Positions 8,129 through 17,750 of a DNA stretch of 40,625 nucleotides are shown here, piece after piece. The translations under genes and the position numbers were made by a program. The notes below the pieces were generated by a model. It ran no database searches and was not told the origin of the DNA. It saw only the letters and a program-made list of their open reading frames with translations. How positions within the stretch are numbered: position 1 is the stretch's first letter; every line of letters starts with the position of its first letter. The DNA comes from a virus. Lineage: Duplodnaviria; Heunggongvirae; Uroviricota; Caudoviricetes. The DNA lies in IMG/VR virus record IMGVR_UViG_2541047915_000011; one strand, given 5' to 3'.

Positions 8129-10576
8129 TTAACCGTCATGCATCATGCTGGCACGGGCGCGCGCACGTTTATCCCGCTCGTATTTTTCGAGCGCATCCTG
8201 TAACTGGCGGTCAAGCTGTGTCCCCGGCGCAGTACCCCCCGTCAGGCTGATGTGATATTCGTTTTTACTCTGGTCCACATAAGAGCGGCCAGCCGGTGCC
8301 GTAACCGGCTGATAAGCCTGATAACCTGCATAAGAGCTGGTCGCCGGAATATAACCACCGGTGCCATACGTGGCGGCATGAGTTCTGGCGGCGGTCTGGT
8401 CAAGTGTGTCTGACTCTTTGTTGATAACACCGAGTTTTTCCAGTACCCAGTCAATACCGCTGCGCAGTTTGTTGAACGCATTAAGCGGCAGCATCAGCGC
8501 GTCAGCCAGTGCCTGCCCGAACATGACGCCCGTGTCACGGCAACGGTTCAGGGTGTCCTGGGTGGCTTTGACCGAGGCAATCAGGTTTTTAAACCACTGC
8601 CACGCGGCCTGTAACTTTTCACCCAGCCAGTTAAACAGCGGCTTAAGTGGCGTGAACAGTTCCCCCACCGGCGCAAATGCCGCTTTCAGCCCTTCAACCA
8701 CACCGCCAAAGAATGCGCTGACAGGCTCCCAGTATTTACGGATAAGCAACGCCCCGGCGACAATGGCAGCCACCACGGCCACAACCGGCCAGCTAATCGC
8801 ACCGATGGCCGTCATAACGGCACTACCAACCGTCGTGAAGATTGCCCCCATTGCGCCTGCTGCCGCGATAATGGCATTGATGCCGGTGATAACCGGCCAG
8901 GCTACAAGGCCAATGGCACCGATGACACCAGTCAGCGCCAGTGCACCGCCGGCAATGATGCCGATGGTTGACGCCAGTGATTTGTTTTTCTGTATCCAGC
9001 CGTCGAGTTTTAACACATACTTTGTGGCCGTCTGCGTGAACTTACGCAGCGCGCCTTCCTGCTGGTCAAACAGGTCAGTCCCCACCGCCTCATAAGCGGA
9101 CTGAAACTCTTTAAAGTCACCGCCGAGGTTGTCCTGCATGATATTTACCAGCTCGGCGGTCTTCCCGTCTGAGGCTTTAAACGCAGCGGTCAGTTTGTCC
9201 AGCTTTCCGGTTGAGGCGGCAGTCATCAGCACGGCGGCGGCTGAGCTGGCCTCCTCCCCGAAAATAGTTTTCATGTATTCAGCCTGCTGGGCAGTACCGA
9301 GCCGGTTTTTCTCAAAACTGGCCTGCATTTCTTTCAGAATGGTAAATACTGGTCGGGTGTTTCCCTTGCTGTCTGAGGTTTTCACTCCAAGCTCTTTGAG
9401 TGCATCCCATGCTTTTCCCGTCGGTGCCTGCAGGCGGCTTAACACGGCACGGCTTCCCGTCCCCGCCATTGAGCCTGTGATTTTTGCGTCATGCAGCGCC
9501 CCGACCATTGCGGCGGTTTCTTCAATGCTGACACCGGCATTTTTTGCCACTGGTGCGGCATAGGTCAGCGCATCGCTCATACCGTCAAAATCGGCGGCGG
9601 TTTTGTTCATCGTCATGGAGAGAACATCCCCGATATGAGCGACCTTATCGTTTGAAAGCTGAAAGGCGGATTTCATCCCCATCAGCAGGGCGGCGTTTTC
9701 TTCCATCGTGCGGCGGTTCGCCAGCGCCATGTTCAGCGTGACCGGCGTTGCCGCCTGAATGGCATCAACATCCCCACCGGCTTTCGCGATAATAATCTGT
9801 GCACCGGCAGCATCATCCGCCGAGGCGGCGGTATTGTCGCCGAGCTGGCGCGCCTGCTTGCGTAGTGCAGCCATTTCGGCGGAGTCTTTTGCCACTCCGA
9901 GCACGGCCTGCAATTCTGAGTTTTTCTGCGCAAACTCATAACCGGGCATCAGCAGCTTAACTCCGGCCATCGTTCCCGCCGCCGCAATCCCCACACCGGC
10001 AGCGCCCACTGAGGCCATATTTCCGGCCAGTTCCTTTCCGGCCTGATAACGCTGTTTTACTGCGTTAAGTTTTGCCTGTTGCGCGCTGACACGCGCCAGC
10101 GCGTCGCGCTGACGGTTAAGCTGTGCGGTGGTTTCACTGATACGGTTTTTCAGTCCCTGCTCATCATGTGCAAGATTGCGGGTATTAATTCCCACAGCGG
10201 CCAGTTCCCGCTGCTGGCGTTTAACGGAATCTGTCAGGCGGTTATATTTCGCCTGTAAGTCCTCCGCCGCACGCTTTGCGGATTCCAGCACTTTCGCCTG
10301 AGCACGGGTCGGACGTTCGGTGTTTTTAAACTGTGTGGCAAGGGCTTCGGCCTCCTGCCGTGCCTTTTCAAGTGCATGACCAGTCACGGCGAGCTGTGCA
10401 CTGGTCTTGCGGAATCCCTCAATACGGGATGCCTGACCGTTCAGCTCGCGCAGTGATTTTTGTGTTTCCCGGATATCCCCCGACAGCGATTTGCTCGCTG
10501 TGCGGATGGATTTAAACGGGCGGGATGCCTGGTCAACAGCCCTGAGCAATACCTGTAATTTTACATTGTTACTCAT
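8129..10576 (-). CDS. T: Tail tape measure protein gpT
   Basis: 815 aa, Ala/Gly-rich with hydrophobic central segments, downstream of E/E'. Confidence 0.85.
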   Translation of the reverse strand: MSNNVKLQVLLRAVDQASRPFKSIRTASKSLSGDIRETQKSLRELNGQASRIEGFRKTSAQLAVTGHALEKARQEAEALATQFKNTERPTRAQAKVLESAKRAAEDLQAKYNRLTDSVKRQQRELAAVGINTRNLAHDEQGLKNRISETTAQLNRQRDALARVSAQQAKLNAVKQRYQAGKELAGNMASVGAAGVGIAAAGTMAGVKLLMPGYEFAQKNSELQAVLGVAKDSAEMAALRKQARQLGDNTAASADDAAGAQIIIAKAGGDVDAIQAATPVTLNMALANRRTMEENAALLMGMKSAFQLSNDKVAHIGDVLSMTMNKTAADFDGMSDALTYAAPVAKNAGVSIEETAAMVGALHDAKITGSMAGTGSRAVLSRLQAPTGKAWDALKELGVKTSDSKGNTRPVFTILKEMQASFEKNRLGTAQQAEYMKTIFGEEASSAAAVLMTAASTGKLDKLTAAFKASDGKTAELVNIMQDNLGGDFKEFQSAYEAVGTDLFDQQEGALRKFTQTATKYVLKLDGWIQKNKSLASTIGIIAGGALALTGVIGAIGLVAWPVITGINAIIAAAGAMGAIFTTVGSAVMTAIGAISWPVVAVVAAIVAGALLIRKYWEPVSAFFGGVVEGLKAAFAPVGELFTPLKPLFNWLGEKLQAAWQWFKNLIASVKATQDTLNRCRDTGVMFGQALADALMLPLNAFNKLRSGIDWVLEKLGVINKESDTLDQTAARTHAATYGTGGYIPATSSYAGYQAYQPVTAPAGRSYVDQSKNEYHISLTGGTAPGTQLDRQLQDALEKYERDKRARARASMMHDG

Positions 10577-10996
10577 TCGTGTTTCCGCTTCGCCGGAGCG
10601 CCTTTTCGCGCCATGTGATGAGTTCGGTCAGGCTCATGGGATACAGTTCTGATGGCGGCCAGTGAAATATCACTGCCACATCCGCCATCAGGTCATCGAC
10701 CGAGAGATTTTTCGGAAACGTTACTGCACCGAGTTCGGCGACAAAAAACCGACCACCTTACCGGCCAGCGCCACAAGGTCAGGCAGTTCCAGCGCGGCGA
10801 CCTCCTGCTCGGTCAGCATCGGTGCCGTCATGCGCGGCAGCACTTTAATCAGTGCATCGACTTCGGAGTTTGCGACCGCAGCCAGACTGACACCGCGCAG
10901 CGTCCCGGCATTGGGTTTCATCAGCGTGACCTGTTCGATAACCTGCTCACCACGTTTGACCGGATTGTCCAGGGTAATGACGTTTTCTTTGTTCAT
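10569..10996 (-). CDS. E+E': gpE+E' tail assembly chaperone fusion (about 142 aa) made by programmed -1 frameshift
   Basis: Slippery heptamer T-TTT-TTG at about 10742-10748 (minus strand) inside E. The -1 frame continues as VAELGAVTFPKN...RSGNTNE to a TAA at about 10569-10571, overlapping the T start. Confidence 0.7.
10721..10996 (-). CDS. E: gpE tail assembly chaperone (91 aa, zero-frame product)
   Basis: ORF track. Size and position as P2 E. Confidence 0.85.
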   Translation of the reverse strand: MNKENVITLDNPVKRGEQVIEQVTLMKPNAGTLRGVSLAAVANSEVDALIKVLPRMTAPMLTEQEVAALELPDLVALAGKVVGFLSPNSVQ

Positions 10997-11052
10997 GGTT
11001 TTCTCACTTCTGAATCGGGGTTAACCGGTCAGCCAGGCTGACCGGATGAAAA

Positions 11053-11571
11053 TCACAGGCCGATATTGCGGCGGTGTTGCTCCAGCCGGTCGACGCCGTT
11101 CACCTTCTCAATCATGTTGATGGTGTCAATTTCGACCAGCTCCTTACCGTCCATCGTCAGCCGGAAATAGGTGCAGACCACGGAGATTTTCGACTCGGTG
11201 TCTTCTCCCTGTTTACCCTCGCCGGTGTCGATTTCTTTCTGACGTCCACGCATGACCACTTCGACGGCCACCGTTTCGCCGGTATCGTCGCGCTGGTAAG
11301 AGCCTGCAAAACGAATCGGCACGGCATCCACACCGGTTGCGGCGTAAAGCTCCCAGATAACCGAATCCGGGAAGCCCCCGAGCGACCACTCCATTGACAG
11401 CGCATCGTCATCAAGGCCGAGGTCTACCGGTGCGCTGCCGTTCATCCCCGCACCGCGATAGTTTTCGAGCTTACGGGTCAGTTTTGGCAGCGTGACGGAC
11501 TTTGCAACGCCCTGATAGCTGTAGCCGTTCAGAAAGACGTTCATTAACTTGAGTTTGCGCGGCATTGCCAT
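11053..11571 (-). CDS. FII: Tail tube protein gpFII
   Basis: 172 aa, P2 FII size and position. Confidence 0.9.
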   Translation of the reverse strand: MAMPRKLKLMNVFLNGYSYQGVAKSVTLPKLTRKLENYRGAGMNGSAPVDLGLDDDALSMEWSLGGFPDSVIWELYAATGVDAVPIRFAGSYQRDDTGETVAVEVVMRGRQKEIDTGEGKQGEDTESKISVVCTYFRLTMDGKELVEIDTINMIEKVNGVDRLEQHRRNIGL

Positions 11572-11583
11572 CGGTCAGGCTCC

Positions 11584-12774
11584 TTAATTGCTGTTAACCG
11601 AGGTGACCAGATTTGCCAGATATTTATCGGTGATACGCTGGCGCAGGGTCAGGTTTTCGAGAGGAGGCACCGGGGTATAGTCGTAGTCGATATACAGTTT
11701 TCCGGCCTTGAGGGTTTCCGCATCGTTGGATTCTTCGCTGAACCAGCAGGTCGCATCCACGATATAGCCGTTTGTTTTCAGTTCACGGAATTTGGCATTA
11801 ATGCCGTCAACGATGTCGCGAATCAGCGTTGCGGTGATGGGCTTATCCACAGCCCACATGTGCGCCTCAGCCATCGTGTCGGCCAGCACCTGCGCGGTGC
11901 GGGTGTAGTTTTCAAAGAGGAACAGCGGGTCATCAGAGCAGGTACGGTTACCCCAGAACCGGAAACCGTCACGGCGAATCAGCGTTGTGACGCCTGACTC
12001 GTTAAGCAGGTCAGCATCGGTGCCGGACTCCTGCAAATCCCAGAATACAGATGCGCTGATGCCGGTAACACCGTTCACCCCGACATTGGACAGCGTTTTA
12101 TGCCAGCCCTGCTCCTGGTCGATTTTAGCGCGCAGCCCCAGCGCACGGGCGGTGGCATACGCGGTGGCGGTGGTACTGGTGACAGTATCCCATGCGAGGA
12201 AATCCGGCCAGATGACCATCAGCTCACGCTGGCTGAAATTCTGGCGGTAAGCTTTCACCTCGGAAATGGTTTTACAGCCCCATGCGCTGATATACCCGAA
12301 AGCGCGCAGCTTCTGACAGACTGATGCCAGTGCAACAGCCACCTCTTTGGTATCCAGTCCCGGCACGCCGAGAATACGCGGTTTAACACCGGTTACCGAC
12401 TCTGCCGCCAGCAGGGCTTTCAGTCCGGTATACTGACCGTTTTCGTCGGTGGTGCCGATGATATTGGAAACGGTCTGCGCGAGTTTCGTTTCCTCGTCAT
12501 CACCGGTGCCGTCTTCCACGCGCACGACAACGGTGACCGGTTTTGACTGGTCTGCGATGGCCTGCAACGATGCCGCCAGCGTGCCTTTTTTACCGGCCTT
12601 TGCAATTGCGCTCTGCACATTGGTAATCAGCACAGGTTTATTGAGGGGGAAGGTTTCCGCATCCGCATCGCTGGCCGTGCAGATCATGCCGACAATGGCA
12701 GTGGATACGGTGGAAATGACGCGGGTGCCGTCGTTAATCTCCAGCACCTGCACGCCGTGATGATAGTCACTCAT
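11584..12774 (-). CDS. FI: Contractile tail sheath protein gpFI
   Basis: 396 aa, P2 FI size and position. Confidence 0.9.
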   Translation of the reverse strand: MSDYHHGVQVLEINDGTRVISTVSTAIVGMICTASDADAETFPLNKPVLITNVQSAIAKAGKKGTLAASLQAIADQSKPVTVVVRVEDGTGDDEETKLAQTVSNIIGTTDENGQYTGLKALLAAESVTGVKPRILGVPGLDTKEVAVALASVCQKLRAFGYISAWGCKTISEVKAYRQNFSQRELMVIWPDFLAWDTVTSTTATAYATARALGLRAKIDQEQGWHKTLSNVGVNGVTGISASVFWDLQESGTDADLLNESGVTTLIRRDGFRFWGNRTCSDDPLFLFENYTRTAQVLADTMAEAHMWAVDKPITATLIRDIVDGINAKFRELKTNGYIVDATCWFSEESNDAETLKAGKLYIDYDYTPVPPLENLTLRQRITDKYLANLVTSVNSN

Positions 12775-12865
12775 CCGTTTAACTCCGTGGTTAATGGGTG
12801 CAACTATTTTCTGTTGTGCAGAGCATGAGACGCTATTTGACCTAGCTGGTTAGTGGATGAAACAA

Positions 12866-12897
12866 CAGATAAAGAAAAGGCGGGCAATTCGCCCGCC
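12866..12897 (-). terminator. Intrinsic terminator downstream of the Z/fun-locus gene, upstream of FI
   Basis: GGCGGGC / GCCCGCC stem with AATTC loop. On the minus strand it is followed by TTTTCTTTATCTG. Confidence 0.45.
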
Positions 12898-13103
12898 TGT
12901 CCTGATTTGAACTCACTCATTTTCCGACTGACAATTTACATAGCCCAAAAGTTATCAAATCTGACGGTCTGCTTTGAACAAGAAGCGGACATTTGCCTGT
13001 CAGGGTATATGCCGCTCTGCGGTTATTATCCAGAATCAATAATTCATCTGAGTTGGATTACATATAAAACATAGTTACCCCATGAATAACCATTAGCAGA
13101 TTA

Positions 13104-13697
13104 TCAATTATGTAAATCTTTTGTTTTATGTTCTTTGGCGTGTTGTGACAACAAATGGCTATAGCGTTTAAGCAAAATATTAGAAAGATTAAGCTCATTC
13201 ATGAAGTGTTCTTCTAATAAGTAACCATCAATATCAACTTTAATATCATTACCACTTTTCATCTTCTGTAACGTAGATTTTACACGCTCCAGCAGGATGC
13301 TTTGCTCATGGTAATAGTCCATAAGAAGAGTAACATCCTCTTTATCAAGCTTACTTAATTCGCTGAAGTAGGATTTAAACACTTTATCAGTCTGGTTTAA
13401 TGCAATCTGTAAGCGAGGCCCCCCTAATGATTTGACATTAATGGCAAAAGGCTCGCCAACAAAATGCTCCGAATTTTCGTCAAAGCCAATATATCTCGTT
13501 TTATCAAGAAAAGTGAGAGCGCGATGGTTATTAGCGATTTCATATGCAAACATTGTTCTGATACTGTCCCTCTCAGCCTCCATGCTTATATCATCACGAT
13601 GATTTGTATAAAATATATTTCCAACAAAGAGAACCATAGCAAGAATCACTGAACTTGCCTCCCAGTTAATATTTTTTAATCGTCGCTTAGTAAACAT
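13104..13697 (-). CDS. Z/fun-locus protein, 197 aa, N-terminal signal-anchor/TM helix, function unknown
   Basis: AT-rich ORF in the variable slot between G and FI. AAGGTG Shine-Dalgarno about 5 nt before the ATG. Hydrophobic segment SSVILAMVLFVGNIFY near the N-terminus. Confidence 0.7.
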   Translation of the reverse strand: MFTKRRLKNINWEASSVILAMVLFVGNIFYTNHRDDISMEAERDSIRTMFAYEIANNHRALTFLDKTRYIGFDENSEHFVGEPFAINVKSLGGPRLQIALNQTDKVFKSYFSELSKLDKEDVTLLMDYYHEQSILLERVKSTLQKMKSGNDIKVDIDGYLLEEHFMNELNLSNILLKRYSHLLSQHAKEHKTKDLHN

Positions 13698-13918
13698 ACC
13701 GCACCTTAATTATCAAAAATATTCCTTCAGTGTTATCTGGTTAGCCTAAACCAAGTCATTAAAGTCTGCAGGATATCATATACATAAAATGTATTGATTA
13801 GAATTTGCACTAATAAAATAATGCTTTACTAAAATCTACTCCAGACACAGAGCGGCCTGTCAGATTAGGCTTTACTCTGTGCCATAGATATGTTTGCTCA
13901 CTCCAGAGATCATACAAC

Positions 13919-14446
13919 TTATTGCGGCATTTCCGGCCATTCAGGATTTGCAGGATCCACACGACTGACCAGAACGCTGTAACGCTCCCATGCATCCAGT
14001 CGGCTACGCTCCTCATCTGTTGCCATGTTCAGTCTGACCGCGCGCTCCAGCGGCAAAATCACGGATTCAGCATCTGCAAGAAGTCTGGCTTTCCGGTTTT
14101 CTGCCTGCTGCAGCAATTCCTCTGCCGTATAAATGCGTTTAATCACTTTGCCGTCCTTAAACATCCAGCCCCCTGAAATGTCCGCCCGTCGGTTAGCAGT
14201 AATATCCGCCACTTCAACAACACTTAATCCATCCGGTCTGATAGCTGTCACATCCTTTTCCACATAGCGGATAATATTATCTTTGTCGTACGCTATTTTT
14301 ATCGTGTCATCAGCAAAATACTTTTGTTCTTCGTACCAGTTCTTACCATCTTCTGAAAAAAACCAGACAACATCAAAACCCTTTGTCAATTGATATTGTT
14401 CAACCGTTTTTGGATTACCCGCCGTAATATTTTTTAAATGCTGCAT
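13919..14446 (-). CDS. G: Tail fibre assembly protein gpG
   Basis: 175 aa, immediately downstream of H as in P2. Confidence 0.85.
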   Translation of the reverse strand: MQHLKNITAGNPKTVEQYQLTKGFDVVWFFSEDGKNWYEEQKYFADDTIKIAYDKDNIIRYVEKDVTAIRPDGLSVVEVADITANRRADISGGWMFKDGKVIKRIYTAEELLQQAENRKARLLADAESVILPLERAVRLNMATDEERSRLDAWERYSVLVSRVDPANPEWPEMPQ

Positions 14447-14449
14447 AAA

Positions 14450-17209
14450 TTATACCTGCGCCACGTTATACCATGTCCCGTTAATGTATTTCTGAACCGG
14501 CCTGTAATATACACCACCAATGTTATCGGCAGAGTTTGAGCCGGTATCCTGAACAATAATGCCGGAATATACACACCCGGACGGTGCCTGATGTGTCCAT
14601 GTCATGCCATTGTTCGCAGGTTTGTATGTGGCAGCACCACCAAGCCGGATATCCCGGACATAGCGGGAATCAAAGTTACCGTAATCCGAGGGATTAACAC
14701 GCCCCGTAATATTTATGGTTTTATTACTTTGAATACTTCCCGAGACAAAGCGCATAATATGGACGCTATTAGCATAAACATCCAGATTACCATCACCATT
14801 TTGTTTAAAGCCCGTGTCATTATCACCCAAAACAATCGAATTACCGCCAAGAGCACTGGATGTTCCTATACCCAGAGCACCATTCAATTGACCACCAGAT
14901 AACGGCAGTGCACCGACATCTCCCGCTGTAGGTTTTCGCGTTGTGGTATAAAACTCAGACCAGTCAGCCTCGAATCCGTAACCGTCACGAGCAGAACGAT
15001 AAAAAATACCGCCGTTCTTATAATTAACGCGGAACTGGGCGGCGGGACAACTTCCTTCACCGATATTAAAATGAAGAATTAACGTTGATGCCCCACCAGT
15101 AGTTGCGTTATAGGCTCCGCTACTCCAGTTCCACCCAACGGCTTTATCATTCGCAACGGTGTCTCCTGTTTTTCCTGAAGCAAATGCACCAATATTTTTC
15201 GGCGTCAAGTTAATATCTGATGTTCCATCAAACGAAACGTTATTAATTTTACGGGCTGTTTTCAGCTTTGTTGCTGTCGCCGCATTGCCGGACAGTTCAC
15301 CAGAAAGGCCAGCACTGAATGTCTGTTTCGCGCCCCATGTCTGGGCTTCGTCAATGATTGGTACTCGTCTTGCTGTGATCGTGCGGCTTCCCGGATTTCC
15401 TGAAATACGCACCATAAAAAAGCGGTAGTTCGCTTTACTTACAGTGCTGCGCCATACATGCATTGAGCGCCCCGTACCGGAATCATCACTCGGACCAACT
15501 ACGATGTTTATCAGGTTGCCATCAATGACGCCCCAGTCCATACCGTCGGGAATGTTGGTCATGTTATCAAGCCGCACGGTTATCAGACTGCCCGGCACAA
15601 AATCGTAGGTCTGCCAGTCCAGACTGGATAGTTTTGCCACTGCGCCACCGATGCCCAGATTCAGAGGCAACGAAAAGGAGTTATATACTTCTCGCCATTC
15701 GGTCCATTTGCTCCCGGCGTAGACGCGCTCAAAAGTGCGTCCCTGTGTGGTTTCTGATTTCCCTGTGGTTGTGTAACGCTGCCAGACAGACACACCATCA
15801 AAACGTCTGATTACTTCCAGTATCCCAAGTAGTGTCGCGCCAACGGTGTCCAGCATCGGACCGTTTGTTGCCTTTCCTGTAACACTGTAAATACCGGGGT
15901 CGGTTAGAACATTTAAATCACCTTCGTAATAACGACTCTCTGACTGATGACCGACTCTTAACCACGGTTCCCACTGCGGATTTGATGCATCCCAGCTTGC
16001 CGCAAGACAGCGGACATACATATTTCCACGGCGAGTGGTATAACGTTGCGTTCTTCCATAATTTCCGCCTTCGAGGATCTCAAGCATCCCCTGAGCAAAG
16101 CCGCCTTCCTCTGGATAATTGCGTTCATATGAAGCTATAGCTGAGCTACTGTTACGCCATAAACCAAGATGCTCGGCGGCTCCAAGCGTATTCAGGTCTA
16201 TAGTCGTACTCAAAGGGCGGGTAGCAGATTGAGTGTGACGCCATACGCCCCACGGACCATCAGTGCCATTCCACTTATTGGCGAGTTTACGCATGTATAC
16301 ATTGCCGTCTCTCGTGGTAAAGCGTTGCGTACCTGCAAAATTGCCGGCAGCAAAAACCTCAAGCACACCGACAGCATTATCTTCCGGGAAATTTTTCTCC
16401 AGTGTTGCGTTGGTGGATGTTGCTTTAGACCAGATACCTGAATAAGCCTTAACAGGACCAAACGTATTCAGATCAGCATCAAGCGGCATTTCGCCATTGT
16501 TTTTCATAAACGTCAGGCTGGTAACGCCAACATTGTCCAGAAAAGCTGATTTATCCTGGATATCTGCACCGTTCTGATTTTTCGCCAGACGTGAATTTGC
16601 GTTGTCATTCGCAGCCTTGACCGCTTTTGGCGTTGCCGCCAGCTTTTCACTGGTGCTGTTTGTTGCACTGCTTAACTGAGTAAAACCTTTTTCTGTCAGC
16701 GTGGCGTCAGGATGGCGGCGGGACTGCTCATGCTCTGCGATTTTGTCATCGACGTAATCCTGCGTCGCCATCACTGTGCTGGCATCAATACTCAGCTCAA
16801 CGGACGCCACGTTGCTGAGAATAATAACCATGCGGCAGGTCTGCGCACGTCCGGAGCCTTCAGCCAGTTCTGGCTTATAGCTTTCTGCCATGTTGGATAC
16901 CGCAATCAGTGTTCCGGCATCGTCATACAGACCAAGCTCACGCATCCAGAAGCCGCCCACTTCTGGCGGAACAACCAGTTCAGCCACAATATAGTTTTTA
17001 TTCTTATTATCCACACTGACTTTATTCAGAGCGTGACGCCAGACCTCATGCACCAGTTTCGTCTGACCGGCATCCGGCACCGGTAATTTGCCATTACCGT
17101 CACCCACGGCCATTGCAGACAGGTTTACTTTTTTCCCGCCGGGGACAGTGGCGGCAGCCAGCTTTGCGGCTCCGGCAGTAGTGATAACGGTTTTAAATTT
17201 CGTGCTCAT
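14450..17209 (-). CDS. H: Tail fibre protein gpH (919 aa, longer than the 669 aa I recall for P2 H)
   Basis: N-terminus MSTKFKTVITTAGAAKLAAATV... is P2 H-like. Central region carries three tandem repeats of about 85 aa, each with a conserved QR(F/Y)TT core. C-terminal part has the tail-fibre motif SGNAATATKL. Confidence 0.9.
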   Translation of the reverse strand: MSTKFKTVITTAGAAKLAAATVPGGKKVNLSAMAVGDGNGKLPVPDAGQTKLVHEVWRHALNKVSVDNKNKNYIVAELVVPPEVGGFWMRELGLYDDAGTLIAVSNMAESYKPELAEGSGRAQTCRMVIILSNVASVELSIDASTVMATQDYVDDKIAEHEQSRRHPDATLTEKGFTQLSSATNSTSEKLAATPKAVKAANDNANSRLAKNQNGADIQDKSAFLDNVGVTSLTFMKNNGEMPLDADLNTFGPVKAYSGIWSKATSTNATLEKNFPEDNAVGVLEVFAAGNFAGTQRFTTRDGNVYMRKLANKWNGTDGPWGVWRHTQSATRPLSTTIDLNTLGAAEHLGLWRNSSSAIASYERNYPEEGGFAQGMLEILEGGNYGRTQRYTTRRGNMYVRCLAASWDASNPQWEPWLRVGHQSESRYYEGDLNVLTDPGIYSVTGKATNGPMLDTVGATLLGILEVIRRFDGVSVWQRYTTTGKSETTQGRTFERVYAGSKWTEWREVYNSFSLPLNLGIGGAVAKLSSLDWQTYDFVPGSLITVRLDNMTNIPDGMDWGVIDGNLINIVVGPSDDSGTGRSMHVWRSTVSKANYRFFMVRISGNPGSRTITARRVPIIDEAQTWGAKQTFSAGLSGELSGNAATATKLKTARKINNVSFDGTSDINLTPKNIGAFASGKTGDTVANDKAVGWNWSSGAYNATTGGASTLILHFNIGEGSCPAAQFRVNYKNGGIFYRSARDGYGFEADWSEFYTTTRKPTAGDVGALPLSGGQLNGALGIGTSSALGGNSIVLGDNDTGFKQNGDGNLDVYANSVHIMRFVSGSIQSNKTINITGRVNPSDYGNFDSRYVRDIRLGGAATYKPANNGMTWTHQAPSGCVYSGIIVQDTGSNSADNIGGVYYRPVQKYINGTWYNVAQV

Positions 17210-17219
17210 TGTTTCTCAC

Positions 17220-17750
17220 TTATCCGGGATAAACAGTAATAACATCACCATCACAGACCACACCGCCTGTATACAGATAGCCGGGAATGTCCTGGATAAT
17301 GTTCAGACCGATAAGGTGGCGACTTGCGGGTTTGGCATCGGCAATCAGCCGTTCCATTTCCAGATACATCTCCTCCGTGATGCCGCTTTCCAGCACACCG
17401 ATATCAAGGCGAAAGGTGCCGGGCGGGTCGTTTGTCTCCCACCATTCCTTTACGTTAATGAGATAGCCGAGCGGCTCCACCACACGCCGGATTGCGCCTA
17501 TAGTGCCTTTATGACAGTGGATGAAATAGGCATCGCGAATAACGGCGCGTTTTGTCGCTTCCGGCCACTTTTCATCCCACCTGTCGACCGAAAACGCCCA
17601 TGCCAGCCACGGCAGCAAATTTGCCGGGCAGGTGTCCGGGTTCCACAGCTCACGAATCCTGACCGGCGTTTTTTCAATTTCCGCACAGGCTTTTGCGGCA
17701 GCAACTTCAAGCGGTGATGAGCCGGTCGGCAGCAGTCGCGAATCACTCAT
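17220..17750 (-). CDS. I: Baseplate protein gpI
   Basis: 176 aa, P2 I size and position. Confidence 0.85.
   Translation of the reverse strand: MSDSRLLPTGSSPLEVAAAKACAEIEKTPVRIRELWNPDTCPANLLPWLAWAFSVDRWDEKWPEATKRAVIRDAYFIHCHKGTIGAIRRVVEPLGYLINVKEWWETNDPPGTFRLDIGVLESGITEEMYLEMERLIADAKPASRHLIGLNIIQDIPGYLYTGGVVCDGDVITVYPG

Noticed and set aside
8406-9563. Plus-strand ORFs of 144-229 aa inside the tape measure gene T, and many similar antisense or alternative-frame ORFs inside yegQ and the phage structural genes (for example 4970-5749, 24040-24633, 25279-25869, 26971-27681, 17088-17717).
   Set aside because: They lie wholly inside well-supported genes on the other strand or frame, have Ala/Ser/Arg/Pro-rich low-complexity translations typical of shadow ORFs in GC-rich coding DNA, and lack ribosome-binding sites.
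12853-13074. 73-aa plus-strand ORF in the intergenic region upstream of FI.
   Set aside because: It lies in the expected late-promoter region for the FI operon, which also holds the terminator hairpin. No Shine-Dalgarno sequence.
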